Shown here piece after piece: positions 1 to 9,247 of a DNA stretch of 64,000 nucleotides; position 1 is the stretch's first letter, and the number at the start of each line of letters is the position of its first letter. Under the pieces are notes generated by a model. The model was not told where the DNA came from. It did not search any database and worked only from the letters and a program-made list of their open reading frames with translations. The position numbers and the translations under genes are program-made. Source of the DNA: Candidatus Eiseniibacteriota bacterium (GTDB lineage Bacteria; Eisenbacteria; RBG-16-71-46; DASYSL01); contig JBKJJJ010000127.1 in assembly GCA_046598045.1 (NCBI GenBank), forward strand, positions 9,419-73,418, written 5' to 3'.

Positions 1-618
1 GGGCGCGAGATCCTCGAGCAGCGCGAAGCCCATCGCGGGAAACACTTCGCCGGCCTCGCGCGGGCGGCGGCTCGCGAGCAGCGCGCCGGTCGCCTTGTCC
101 CACGCGGTCTGGACGAACAGGCGCGAGAACGCCGGGTGCGATGCGTCGGCGGCCGCGTGGTGGAGCACGACCTCGAGCGCGGCAGTGGCCGCGATCGTGC
201 GCGGCCCGGGCGAGCGGTTCGTGAGCGTCAGGCGGCGCACCTCGAGCGCGCGGCCCGGCACGACGGCAATGTCGAGCACGGCCTCGATGCCGTGTTCCTC
301 GCGCTCGAGCGTAAACCTGCCCGGGGTCCAGCGTGCGGACGCCGTCCCCGATCGTGGCGCGATCGGCTCGACACCGACCGACCACAGTGCGCCGCTCTCG
401 GCGTCCTGCAGGTAGATCAGCGTGCCCTCCCGGTCCTCGACCGGGTCGGCGGACCAGCGCGTGAGCGCGAAGTCTTCGAACGTCGTGCCGCCACAGCCTG
501 CGGCCGTGACGAGCGTGACGAACTCGCCGTCCGCGAGACGGGCGGCAATGCGCGGCGCCCGGAGCGTCGGCGTCGCGCCCCGGGCGGCGAGGATGGACGA
601 GGGCGGAGGAGGCGTCAT
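1..618 (-). CDS. Partial (N-terminal part only; gene continues past window start) GH94-family glycoside phosphorylase, cellobiose/1,2-beta-oligoglucan phosphorylase-like
   Basis: Reverse-strand translation begins MTPPPPSSILAARG... at an ATG overlapping the upstream stop (ATGA). The motif TLIYLQDAESGALWSV matches the conserved GH94 N-terminal beta-sandwich motif (compare YVYLRDDDSGDYWS in chitobiose/cellobiose phosphorylases). RLTLTNRS matches the TVTNTSD block. The frame is not in the ORF track because it is truncated by the window edge. Confidence 0.5.
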   Translation of the reverse strand, partial: MTPPPPSSILAARGATPTLRAPRIAARLADGEFVTLVTAAGCGGTTFEDFALTRWSADPVEDREGTLIYLQDAESGALWSVGVEPIAPRSGTASARWTPGRFTLEREEHGIEAVLDIAVVPGRALEVRRLTLTNRSPGPRTIAATAALEVVLHHAAADASHPAFSRLFVQTAWDKATGALLASRRPREAGEVFPAMGFALLEDLAP

Positions 619-2231
619 GGCGCCTGGCGCACGCGGACGAAGCGGGTCGAGGCCGAGCCCTGGTCGGTCGTCAGGCGCACGTAGTAGACGCCCGCGGCGA
701 GGTCCCCCGCCGTGAGCGCGATCGACTGCTCCCCGGCAGGGCGATCGGCGTCGAGCAACGATTGCAGGTGGCGGCCGCGCAGGTCATAGAGATCGAGCCG
801 CACGTGCCCCGGCTGCGGGAGGCGATAGCGCACCGTGCCCGTCCCGCTCAGCGGGTTCGGGGCCACGCCGGCGAGCGACACGCCAGCGAGCGCACCCGGC
901 TCGACGCCGGTGTTGCTGCCCGTGAAGCCCGCGCGCGCGAGTCCCGTGCGCAGGTCGAGGTTCTGGTACGTGCGCGCCCACACGGAGCCGTTGCGATAGT
1001 TCTCCATCATGAGCACGATCGGGCCCTGGTCGATGCCGAGGTAGTCGGTGTCGACCCAGCCGTAGTAAGGATTGAACGCGTCCTTGAAGCCGTACGGCCC
1101 CCACGTAGTGGCGCGCCAGTTGTCCCACAGGTTGTGCAGCAAGGGGACCGAGAGCTCGGGCGTGAACACGATCGAGCTCAGGCCCGCGGTCGGCGTGATC
1201 GTGCCGTTGTCGCTCTGCGACGGCGGCGCGCCGTGGGCGGCGTAACCGAACGGATCGTCGGACGCCGTCAGTCCCCACAGGCTGTCGCTGTAGCCGGTCC
1301 ACGCCCCCGGGTTCGCGATGCAGTACGAGTGCTGCGCCAGGGTCGCGCGCCGCGAATTCTCGGCGTAGTTCGAGCTTTGCGCGCGCATGTAATTGTCCTG
1401 CATCCCGCTGAAGTCGATCCAGCAATGCGAATACTGGTGCGTGAACAGGGGCGGGCAGATCAGGAACGACTGCCCGTACAAGGTCTGCCACAGGTAGTTG
1501 CTCGTCCACTTGCTCCACGCCGTCGTGGGCACGGGGTGCGTCGGGGAGCCGAGCGCGAGGATGTAGAGGATCATCGCCTCGTTGTAGCCGACCCACTGTC
1601 CGAAACCGCCGAAGCCGGTTCCCGGCTTCCAGCCCTGCAGGATGCCCTGGTTGAAATTGCGCGCGAAGTTCCAGTCGGCGCGGTAGTAGATCGAGTCCGC
1701 GAGCTGGCGGATCAGGACCTCCTGCGAATCGGCGCCGGTGAAGTACATCTTCGTGTCGAGGATGCCGGCGAACAGCAGCGCGGTGTCGATCGTCGAGAGC
1801 TCGCTGTCCCACGTGCGCGTCGCCGTGTTCATGTCGAGGAAGTGGTAGTACAGGCCCTTGTAGCCGATCGTGCCGCTCGCCGCGCTGCTCTGCGGCCCGG
1901 TCCAGAACGTGTTGAGCGTGGTCAGGACGCGGCCCTTCACCTGCTCGCGCGTGAGCCAGCCGTGGTCCACGCCGACGCACAGCGCCGAGAGGCCGAAGCC
2001 CGTGGCCGCGATGCTCGCCGGCGAGCCGGCCGTGCTGCGGTCCTTGACCAGGCCGTTCGCGGGGTTCGCCTGCTCCCAGAAATACATCACGCCCGTGTGC
2101 TGCACGGTGTCCACCAGCGCAGCGGTCGTCTGCGCGGCGGCGGGCCTCGCCGCGGGGAGGAGCAGCAGCGCCGTGAGCCAGAACGATGCGGCCCAGCGGA
2201 CCCTGTTCGGAAGACGTCGGCTTCGATTCAT
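615..2231 (-). CDS. Secreted six-hairpin glycoside hydrolase, DUF3131/GH144-like (putative endo-beta-1,2-glucanase family), with C-terminal T9SS sorting domain
   Basis: 538 aa. The N-terminal signal peptide is MNRSRRLPNRVRWAASFWLTALLLLPAARPAAAQ. The central region (GLYYHFLD, DTALLFAGIL, aromatic-rich) resembles the glucoamylase-like DUF3131 fold. The C-terminal roughly 80 aa (LAGVAPNPLSGTGTVRYRL...GVYYVRL...RFVRV) is a typical T9SS type-A CTD. Family assignment is from memory of motifs, not a search. Confidence 0.55.
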   Translation of the reverse strand: MNRSRRLPNRVRWAASFWLTALLLLPAARPAAAQTTAALVDTVQHTGVMYFWEQANPANGLVKDRSTAGSPASIAATGFGLSALCVGVDHGWLTREQVKGRVLTTLNTFWTGPQSSAASGTIGYKGLYYHFLDMNTATRTWDSELSTIDTALLFAGILDTKMYFTGADSQEVLIRQLADSIYYRADWNFARNFNQGILQGWKPGTGFGGFGQWVGYNEAMILYILALGSPTHPVPTTAWSKWTSNYLWQTLYGQSFLICPPLFTHQYSHCWIDFSGMQDNYMRAQSSNYAENSRRATLAQHSYCIANPGAWTGYSDSLWGLTASDDPFGYAAHGAPPSQSDNGTITPTAGLSSIVFTPELSVPLLHNLWDNWRATTWGPYGFKDAFNPYYGWVDTDYLGIDQGPIVLMMENYRNGSVWARTYQNLDLRTGLARAGFTGSNTGVEPGALAGVSLAGVAPNPLSGTGTVRYRLPQPGHVRLDLYDLRGRHLQSLLDADRPAGEQSIALTAGDLAAGVYYVRLTTDQGSASTRFVRVRQAP

Positions 2232-2256
2232 GGATGATCCTCGCGTCGGTGCATGC

Positions 2257-3276
2257 CTAGAAGTCGATGCCCACCGAGAACCGATGCGCTTGATCGAGCC
2301 GCCCCTGGTCGGTGTAGGCGTAATCGAGGTGGAACCCGAGCGCGTTGTTCATCTCGCCCTGGAAACCGGCCCCCAGCGTGAGGCCGGCCTCGGAGTCCCG
2401 GAGGAACAGCTGCTGCCAACCCGCCCGGAGCGCGAACGCCTTCTTGTAAGCGTACTCCGCGCCGAGGTTCATGCTCTCGGAATTGTCGCTCGGGTGAAGC
2501 GCATCGACCGCCAACCGCAGGCTGCTGGCCGCATTGAGCCGGACCGGCAACGCGAGGCCGAAGCGCAGCGTGATCGGCACGCTGAACCGGTCGGTGAAAT
2601 ACGTCGCCGGGATCGTGCCGTTGTCGCCGGAAGAGTTCGGGTCCTGGTCGAAGGTGACGCTCAGGTCGCGACCGTCATAGCGCCCGCCGACGCCGAGGTT
2701 CGAGACCGCCGCGCCCAGCACCAGGCCGTTGTCGTTCACGCGATAGATCGTGCCGAGGTCGACCACGCCGCTCGCGAGCGTGCTGTGCCAGATGCGCTCC
2801 TGCAGGTACGTGATGCGCGCGCCCACCGAGAACCGGTCGGTGATGGGGCGCGCCCAACCCAACCCCAGCGCCACGTCGGAGACGTCGAACGTCTCGCCCG
2901 TGCCGAACGGTTGGCCCACGGTGCGCACGTCGATCGCCCCCGAGTTGAGCGCGGTCAGGCTCGCCACCACCGTGCCGGCATGGCCGATCGGGATCGCGGT
3001 CGACACATGGTTGTAGTCGATGTCCGCGATCCAGCGCATGTGCGAGAACGACACCTCGTGCTTGCTCGTGCGCGCGATCGCCGCCGGGTTGAAGTAGTAC
3101 GCCTCGAGCCCGAGATCGGCCGCCGCTCCGGCGTTGCCCATCGCGGCGATGCGGGCGTTCGGCTCGAGCGTGAGGAACGATCCGACCGTCGTGCCGGTCT
3201 TGTTCTGCGCCTGCGCGGCGCCCGAGAAGAGCGCCAGCGCCACGAGGACGCCCAGGCCCGGCCCGCGCGCCCTCAC
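2257..3276 (-). CDS. Outer-membrane beta-barrel protein of the PorV/PorQ (T9SS-associated, FadL-like) family
   Basis: The ORF-track frame 2257..3753 has an Arg-rich N-terminal extension overlapping the upstream gene. The real start is probably the GTG at 3276 (GTGA overlap with the upstream stop), giving VRARGPGLGVLVALALFSGAAQA as signal peptide. Mature region motifs GSFLTLEPNARIAAMGNAGAAADLGLEAYYFNPAAIA and the alternating beta-strand pattern to a C-terminal F resemble PorV/PorQ/UPF0164 barrels. Confidence 0.5.
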   Translation of the reverse strand: MRARGPGLGVLVALALFSGAAQAQNKTGTTVGSFLTLEPNARIAAMGNAGAAADLGLEAYYFNPAAIARTSKHEVSFSHMRWIADIDYNHVSTAIPIGHAGTVVASLTALNSGAIDVRTVGQPFGTGETFDVSDVALGLGWARPITDRFSVGARITYLQERIWHSTLASGVVDLGTIYRVNDNGLVLGAAVSNLGVGGRYDGRDLSVTFDQDPNSSGDNGTIPATYFTDRFSVPITLRFGLALPVRLNAASSLRLAVDALHPSDNSESMNLGAEYAYKKAFALRAGWQQLFLRDSEAGLTLGAGFQGEMNNALGFHLDYAYTDQGRLDQAHRFSVGIDF

Positions 3277-6200
3277 TTGATCACCGCGAACTTTCCGATC
3301 GCCGGCTTCGCCCCGGGACCTTCGACCTGGTAGACGTAGAGCCCCGGCGCGACGTCGAGGTTGTCCTTGCTCCGCAGGTCCCAGGCCACGAACGCATCCG
3401 CCGAGCCGTCCTGCCGGAGCGTCTGTACGAGGTCGCCGCGCACGTTGTAGATGCGCACCACCGCGTTGAGCGGGATGCCGCGGAACTCGAGCCTTCGTAC
3501 GCCGCGGCCCGACGTGGCGAAGCGCTCCGGCTCGAACGAGGCCGCGCCGACGTAGGGGTTCGGGACGACGTACGGTTGATTCGTCACCGCCTGCCCCGCG
3601 CCGCGCACGACCTGGTCGCCCGAGGTCGTGAAGCGGAACACATCGTCGGCCGCGAGCGGGCGCGCGAGGGTCGCGCGGAACACGTCCCCCGCCGCCGGCG
3701 GACGGAGCGGCCCGTTGGCGCCGATGCCCGCGGTGTCGATCTCGACGCGCCACGTGATCGCCGCCGTGCCCGGCGCGGCCAGCGTGCGCGTCACGATGTC
3801 GATGCGCTCGTCGAGGCGCGAGAGTGTCTGGTCGTTGTTGAGGTCCCTGAAGATGAAGTCGAGCTTGCGTTCACCCGCGGGTTCGAGCGCGAACACCTCG
3901 AACTTCGCGGGGCGCGCCGGCGCGGGGAACTGGGCGAGCCCCGTGTCCTTGACGACGTCGGAGAAGCGCACCTCGATGTCCTCCGGGTAGCCCGGCCGCT
4001 TCAGGTTCCGCGACAGCACCGGCTGGTAGCTCATCTTTCCGGTCGCGTTCGTCGGGCTGCCCGGGAGGAACCCGGCGGTCGCGACCCGCACCAGCGAGTC
4101 CGAAGTCACGATCGGCAGCAGGCCGTCGCCGACCGGACCGATGCCCACGCCGTCGAAGTCCATGCCGAAGTTGAACAGCGTCGTGCCCGCGGTGCTGTCG
4201 AACAGCGCGTAGGTCTCCGCGCGCACGCTGTCGGTGTCGCTGGCCGCGAACGTGACGTGGAACACGTGGCCATCGGGCACCTCGGGCGCGGTCACGACCT
4301 GCACGACCACGCTGCCGACGCCGCGGCCGGCGATGTGGTCGGCGCCGCCTGCCTCGGCACGCGCGTAGCCCGACACCTTGGGCTCGGGACGCACGTGCAC
4401 CGCGTTCTTCGGCAGGATCAGCCCGCCCCGCGGAGTGCGCGAGATCGGAATCGCATTCTCGGACGGATAGAACGAGGCCGAGTCGTTGCTCACCGGCTCG
4501 TACCCGAAGTCGTACGCCGTCACCGCGTAGTAGTAGTCCTGCCCGTTGGTCACCGTGGTGTCGGTCCACGTGTGCTGGATCCCGGTGTCCGACCCGAGGA
4601 AGTAGGACACGCCGGAGATCGTGGTGCGCGAGTAGCCCTCCTTGCCGTCGACGAGGTCGAATTGCGCGATCGGCTTGCCGTTGCCCGCCAGCGGGCCCGA
4701 GCCGTTGCCGGTCGAGATCACCTGGTTGTCGAGGAAGTCCGGGTCGGTCGAGCGGTAGATGCGGTAGCCCTCGAAATCGTAGTCGTTGGTCACCGGGTCG
4801 ATTCCGCGCTCGGCGACGTCGTCCCAGGAGAGGCGCACGTGCCCGTCCCCCGCCTCGGCCCTGAGCGTGGGCACCGGCGGCGGCACGGCGAACTGGTAGT
4901 TCGCGTTGTAGATCTGCTGCACGGTCTTGACGTTCTCGCGCAGCTCGCGCAGGTCGGAGCCGTAGGCGAGCGCAAGGCTGAAGCGCTCGGTCTGCCCCGC
5001 CCTGAGCTGGAACGGCCCCGAGGCAAACAGGAACCCGAGGTTGTAATTCGCGGCCAGCGCCGAGTCGAAGCGCGCCCCCACGCTCGGGTCGGTGAACTTC
5101 TCGAACAGGCGCTGCGGCCAGTTGTTGCTGTCGGTGTAGAACAGCACGTTGTCCGACGTCGGGTCCGGGTTCCCGACGCCCGACTTGATGCGGTTCATCT
5201 TGAAGCCGGTGAGCCCGATCTGGTCCGACTCGTTGAGGTCGGTGCGGTCGAAGTTCGGCTCGCCCTCGGTCGGGATGCCGTCGCCCTCGCCCGCGTCCTG
5301 GGTCCCCGGCACGCCGTCGCCGCCGACGTCGCTGTACTGCGTCGTCCAGTCCATGTCCTCGTCACCCGTGAACCACGTGCCGAACTTGAACGCCGGGCGG
5401 TTGTCGAGCGGGCCGTACGCGGTCTCGAACTTCGCGAGGTCGTAGTGCGTCGTCACGTAGTCGCGGATCGCGGCCTGGCCGTCGATGCGCGTGCCGGGCC
5501 CGCCGTCCCGGCTCTCGTCGGTGATGCCGTCGTTGTCGTCGTCCAACCCGTTGAACTTGTTGCCCGGCGTCTCGAGGTAGGCGTAACCGAGGTAGCCGGT
5601 CTTGCCGCAGTTGCCCGAGAGGTCGCGACCATGGCCGTTCTTGTCCCACGTGTAGACCAGGTTGAGGCCCGAGGACTTGTCGAAGTACGCGTTGTCGTCG
5701 TCGGACTCGTAGATGCCGTCGCACGACAGCGACGAGCCGCCCACGCCCGAGTCCATGTACAGCCCGAAGATGATGTCGTCGTTGTAGTCGGTCGTGCTCT
5801 CGTTGGTGATGTCGTAGTGCCAGAAGATGACGTTGCCGGCCTGCGGGTTCGCCCACTGGAACCCGCGCACCTGCACGCGCAGGCCGAGCCCCTTGCGCGT
5901 CGAGTCCCGGCTGTCGGGGTAGTAGTCCCACGCGTCGTAGTACTGGTCGTCCATCACGGTGAAGCTCTCCTGGTCGGCCGCCGGGCGCTTGCCGAAGTAG
6001 CCGTTCCAGCTGCCGTCCCAGCCCGGATCCGAGGGATCGAGCAGCTTGTCGGGCCACTGGCCAGGCCACGTGCGCGGATCGTTGCTGATCGCCGGCGAGC
6101 GCCCGCGATTGATCGTCGGGTCGGGCTGGAAATACCCGGGCCGCGGCTCGAAGCGCATGATGTTGTTCGTGTACGGGCTCGCGGCCTGGCGCTCGCGGAA

Positions 6201-6557
6201 GCCGGTCTCCATGATGTACTGGTCGAGCCCGGAGACGTCCTTGATCTTCGCGAGCACGAACGGGGTGACGCCGTCGGAGTAGTTCATGCCCGTGCCCTTG
6301 GGCACTTCGACCGAGTGGAACACGGACAGGTCGACGTTGCCCGGGTCGGCCGGGTAGTCGCCCACCATCCCGAAGTTCCAGAACAGGGTGCGGATGCGCG
6401 CCGCGTCGTGGGTGCCGGAGCGCTCGGCGTCGGCGCGGCCGCGCTGGTCGGCCGGCACCGGCGTGACCACTTGCGCGCCCGCGGGGCGCGCGCTCGCCGC
6501 GGCGCAGAGCGCGAGCGCCAGCGCGGCCGCCACGATGATGCGAGGACGCAAGCTCAC
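3273..6557 (-). CDS. Large secreted protein (about 1094 aa) with an FN3 domain, thrombospondin-type-3-like DxDxDG calcium-binding motifs and a T9SS C-terminal sorting domain; function unknown
   Basis: The ORF-track frame 3273..9149 is a run-on through the upstream TonB receptor. The real start is inferred at the GTG at 6557 (in frame, GTGA overlap with the receptor stop), giving signal peptide VSLRPRIIVAAALALALCAAASARPAGAQ. Motifs present are GLDDDNDGITDESRDGG and GDGVPGTQDAGEGDGIPTEGEPNFDRTD (Ca-binding type), PPPVPTLRAEAGDGHVRLSWDDV...YYYAVTAYDFG (FN3), and a C-terminus GLYVYQVEGPGAKPAIGKFAVIK (T9SS CTD). Confidence 0.6.
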   Translation of the reverse strand: MSLRPRIIVAAALALALCAAASARPAGAQVVTPVPADQRGRADAERSGTHDAARIRTLFWNFGMVGDYPADPGNVDLSVFHSVEVPKGTGMNYSDGVTPFVLAKIKDVSGLDQYIMETGFRERQAASPYTNNIMRFEPRPGYFQPDPTINRGRSPAISNDPRTWPGQWPDKLLDPSDPGWDGSWNGYFGKRPAADQESFTVMDDQYYDAWDYYPDSRDSTRKGLGLRVQVRGFQWANPQAGNVIFWHYDITNESTTDYNDDIIFGLYMDSGVGGSSLSCDGIYESDDDNAYFDKSSGLNLVYTWDKNGHGRDLSGNCGKTGYLGYAYLETPGNKFNGLDDDNDGITDESRDGGPGTRIDGQAAIRDYVTTHYDLAKFETAYGPLDNRPAFKFGTWFTGDEDMDWTTQYSDVGGDGVPGTQDAGEGDGIPTEGEPNFDRTDLNESDQIGLTGFKMNRIKSGVGNPDPTSDNVLFYTDSNNWPQRLFEKFTDPSVGARFDSALAANYNLGFLFASGPFQLRAGQTERFSLALAYGSDLRELRENVKTVQQIYNANYQFAVPPPVPTLRAEAGDGHVRLSWDDVAERGIDPVTNDYDFEGYRIYRSTDPDFLDNQVISTGNGSGPLAGNGKPIAQFDLVDGKEGYSRTTISGVSYFLGSDTGIQHTWTDTTVTNGQDYYYAVTAYDFGYEPVSNDSASFYPSENAIPISRTPRGGLILPKNAVHVRPEPKVSGYARAEAGGADHIAGRGVGSVVVQVVTAPEVPDGHVFHVTFAASDTDSVRAETYALFDSTAGTTLFNFGMDFDGVGIGPVGDGLLPIVTSDSLVRVATAGFLPGSPTNATGKMSYQPVLSRNLKRPGYPEDIEVRFSDVVKDTGLAQFPAPARPAKFEVFALEPAGERKLDFIFRDLNNDQTLSRLDERIDIVTRTLAAPGTAAITWRVEIDTAGIGANGPLRPPAAGDVFRATLARPLAADDVFRFTTSGDQVVRGAGQAVTNQPYVVPNPYVGAASFEPERFATSGRGVRRLEFRGIPLNAVVRIYNVRGDLVQTLRQDGSADAFVAWDLRSKDNLDVAPGLYVYQVEGPGAKPAIGKFAVIK

Positions 6558-9247
6558 GATCCGCCTCCCTTGACGCCGCCGCCCGCGAACCTCAGGCCGA
6601 CCTCGATCCGCCGCGGCGCGTAGTAGCGCGTCGGGTCGGCGAGCAGCGGCGCATCGGTCGAGAAGCGCGAATAGTACGGGCTGCCCGAAGTCGAAAACAC
6701 GCCGCCGTTGAAGAACCGCTGGTCGAACAGGTTGAACACGCGCACGAACGCGTGCGCGGGCATGTGCCCGACCGACAGGTCCTTCTCCGCGCGCAGGTCC
6801 ACGAGGAACGACCCGGGCTTGCGGCCCGAGTTCGCCTCGAGCCCGTTGCCGAAGCCCGCGTCGACCGCGGGCGTGAAGGGCTGTCCGCTGACCACGCGCA
6901 CGATCGTCGACAGCAGGTAGTTGTCCGCCTTGCCGTAGCTCGAGGTCAGGTTGAGCGTGTGCCGCTGGTCCCAGTTGAACGGGATCTCGCGCGGTCGCGG
7001 GTCCTCGCCGTTGGTCGCTCGGGTCGCGGTCTCGCGCGGGTCGCTCGAGTTTCCGGTCGCCTTCTGCCACGTGTAGTCGAGCGTCAGGCCAAAGGGGCCG
7101 GACGGCCTCAGGTCGAACGCGACCGTGAAGCCGAGCACGCTGCCGAAGTCGATGTTCGTCAGCCGGGCGTACTCGGCGTCGTTGTAGGTCTGGATGAACT
7201 CGACGCCGAGCAGGTCCCTGATGTCCTTGTAGAACACGGTCAGGTCCGCGCCCAGGTTCTCGCTGATCGCGGTCTTGTATCCGCCCTCGTACTGGATCGT
7301 GCGCTCGGGCTTGATGTCCGGGTTGCCGAGGACGCCGATCTGGGCCTCGCTCTGCGGCGTCGCCTGCAGCTTCGCGAGCACCGAGTAGTCGGCGTTCGTG
7401 AAGATATCCCCGAGCGACGGGAACTGCGTGAAGTGCCCGTAGGCGAAATGCGCCGCGGACCTGGGGCCGGTCGGCCACGACACGCCGATGCGGGGGGAGA
7501 TCGCGAACTTGGACGTGGTCGCGACCGGCTGCGAGAGCGGCGCGCCGGGGAGCGCGTTCGCCGGGTTCGCGAGGTCGCTCGGGATCGTCGAACGCGCGTC
7601 GAACAGATCGAAGCGCACTCCGGCGCGCAACGTAAGGTCGTTGAATTCGAGCTGGTCCTGGCCGAACGCGGAGGCCACGAGCGGGAAGTACGTGCGGTAG
7701 CCCGCGAAGTTCGGCGGCTCGTCGACGTGACGATACAGGCTGTCGCCGAACACGGTGATCGTGCCGGGAGGCCCGAACGTGACGCGCGGCAACTGGAACT
7801 CGGCGCCGAACTTGAGCTGGCTGACCTCGGAGGCCTGGCGGACGTAGGAGGTCTTGAACAGCAGCGTGTTCGTGTTCTGGATGAAACGATTGAGGTTGAT
7901 GCCCTGGAACACTGCGTTGTCCTGGAAGTTCGCCGAGCTGTGCGGAGCTCCGGCCGCGTCGTACCGTGCATCGTACAGGTTGGCGAACGCCCAGTCGTGA
8001 TAGTCGAAGTAATTCTGGCGGATCGCGAGCGTGGCGAAGCTCTTCTTGTCGAACGTGCGGTTGAAGTCGAGGCCGTGCACGATCGAGTAGGTGTGCTTCT
8101 TCGTCCGGCCGTCGGGCAGCAGGCGGTACGCCCAGTCGACCGACTGCGCGTCGATCAGATTGACGATCGCCTGGTAGCCGAGTTCGAGGTTCGGGACCGA
8201 GCGGTTCGACACCTTGAACACGCCTGACCACTCGCGCGACGTCCCGAGCGGGACCCGCGCGCCGTCGCCGGTCGGCCGGTAGATGCTCGAGTCCGGAGCC
8301 GACTGGTCCGTCGGCACGAACACGCGCTGCCCGTACGCGAAGTCGTCGAACACGGAGCGGCGCGCGTTGACGAGGTAGTTCGTGTGGTGGAGCGGCGTCG
8401 GCCCGCTCAGGCTGAGCTGGTAGCTCTGCGTGCCGGTCGGACGGAACGAGTAGCCCTCGAGGGCGCGGCGCGACGCGGCGTTGAACGCCAGGAAACCGCC
8501 GCCGTAGACCTCCGCGTTCCACTCGAACTTGTCCGCGCCACGCTTCAGGATCGCGTTGACCACGCCACTCTGCGCCTGCCCGTACTCGGCGTCGAATGTG
8601 CCGCTGATGACCTGCACCTCCTCGAGCAACGAGCGGTCGAGGCGGAGCGACGACTTGTTGTCGTAGGCGTTGTTCACCGAGATGCCGTCGACCTGGTACT
8701 GGACCTCGCCGATGCGCCCGCCGCGGAAGTGGCCGTCGACAACGCCGGCCTGCAGGTTCACCACGTCGTCGAGGCTCTGCACCGGGAGTTTGGCGATCTC
8801 CTGCGCGGACACGGTCGCGATCGAGTTCGTGCGCGAGACCTCGACCACGGGCCGCGTCGCCTTGACCACGACCTCGCCGATCTGGAGCGCCTCTTCCTTG
8901 AGCGAGACGTCGAAGCGGGCGGTCAGGTCGGCCGAGACCGTGACGCCCGTCGTGACCACCGCACCGTAGCCGAGCAGGTTCACGCGCACGTCGTAGCTGC
9001 CGGGCGGGAGGTTGAGAATCGAGTAACGGCCGTCGATGTCGGTCGCGGCGCCGGTGCGCAGGGCGGGCAGCGCGACGCTCGCCCCCACCAGCGGCTGGCC
9101 CTTGGCGTCGGTCACGCGGCCGGCGAGCTTGCCGGTCGTGCCCGCCCAAGCCGAGTCCGCAAGAAACGTGGGTGCGGCCACGCCGGCCGCCATCCCCGCG
9201 AGCGCGAGGATGGCGACCAGCAAGCGCCTTCTCGACGCGCCGATCAC
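6554..9247 (-). CDS. TonB-dependent outer-membrane receptor with N-terminal carboxypeptidase-regulatory-like domain
   Basis: 897 aa. Signal peptide MIGASRRRLLVAILALAGMAAGVAA. GRVTDAKGQPLVGASVAL...TDIDGRYSILNLPPGSYDVRVNLLGY is a CarbopepD_reg_2 domain. Plug region VVVKATRP...IATVSAQEIAKLP...DDVVNLQAGV follows. A long beta-barrel ends ...RRIEVGLRFAGGG. The start codon is GTG, overlapping the upstream stop as GTGA. Confidence 0.85.
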   Translation of the reverse strand: MIGASRRRLLVAILALAGMAAGVAAPTFLADSAWAGTTGKLAGRVTDAKGQPLVGASVALPALRTGAATDIDGRYSILNLPPGSYDVRVNLLGYGAVVTTGVTVSADLTARFDVSLKEEALQIGEVVVKATRPVVEVSRTNSIATVSAQEIAKLPVQSLDDVVNLQAGVVDGHFRGGRIGEVQYQVDGISVNNAYDNKSSLRLDRSLLEEVQVISGTFDAEYGQAQSGVVNAILKRGADKFEWNAEVYGGGFLAFNAASRRALEGYSFRPTGTQSYQLSLSGPTPLHHTNYLVNARRSVFDDFAYGQRVFVPTDQSAPDSSIYRPTGDGARVPLGTSREWSGVFKVSNRSVPNLELGYQAIVNLIDAQSVDWAYRLLPDGRTKKHTYSIVHGLDFNRTFDKKSFATLAIRQNYFDYHDWAFANLYDARYDAAGAPHSSANFQDNAVFQGINLNRFIQNTNTLLFKTSYVRQASEVSQLKFGAEFQLPRVTFGPPGTITVFGDSLYRHVDEPPNFAGYRTYFPLVASAFGQDQLEFNDLTLRAGVRFDLFDARSTIPSDLANPANALPGAPLSQPVATTSKFAISPRIGVSWPTGPRSAAHFAYGHFTQFPSLGDIFTNADYSVLAKLQATPQSEAQIGVLGNPDIKPERTIQYEGGYKTAISENLGADLTVFYKDIRDLLGVEFIQTYNDAEYARLTNIDFGSVLGFTVAFDLRPSGPFGLTLDYTWQKATGNSSDPRETATRATNGEDPRPREIPFNWDQRHTLNLTSSYGKADNYLLSTIVRVVSGQPFTPAVDAGFGNGLEANSGRKPGSFLVDLRAEKDLSVGHMPAHAFVRVFNLFDQRFFNGGVFSTSGSPYYSRFSTDAPLLADPTRYYAPRRIEVGLRFAGGGVKGGGS

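Noticed and set aside
3576-6623. Long antisense or out-of-frame ORFs of 450 to 1250 aa overlapping real genes. Examples are 3576..6623 (+), 762..2237 (+), 1870..3333 (+), 6752..8227 (+), 9172..11187 (+), 9479..11224 (-), 15850..18066 (-), 19794..21143 (-), 22421..25495 (-), 23749..25779 (+), 26184..29921 (-), 31415..32500 (-), 33745..36759 (-), 34140..36176 (+), 44123..46345 (+), 50026..52149 (+), 54378..55850 (+), 54544..55641 (-), 56652..57983 (-), 56705..58462 (+), 60060..61586 (-), 61568..62554 (-) and 62823..63890 (-).
   Set aside because: All are Arg/Ala/Gly/Pro-rich low-complexity translations with no motifs. Each is fully overlapped by a gene on the other strand or frame that has clear domain content. 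They are typical high-GC shadow ORFs.
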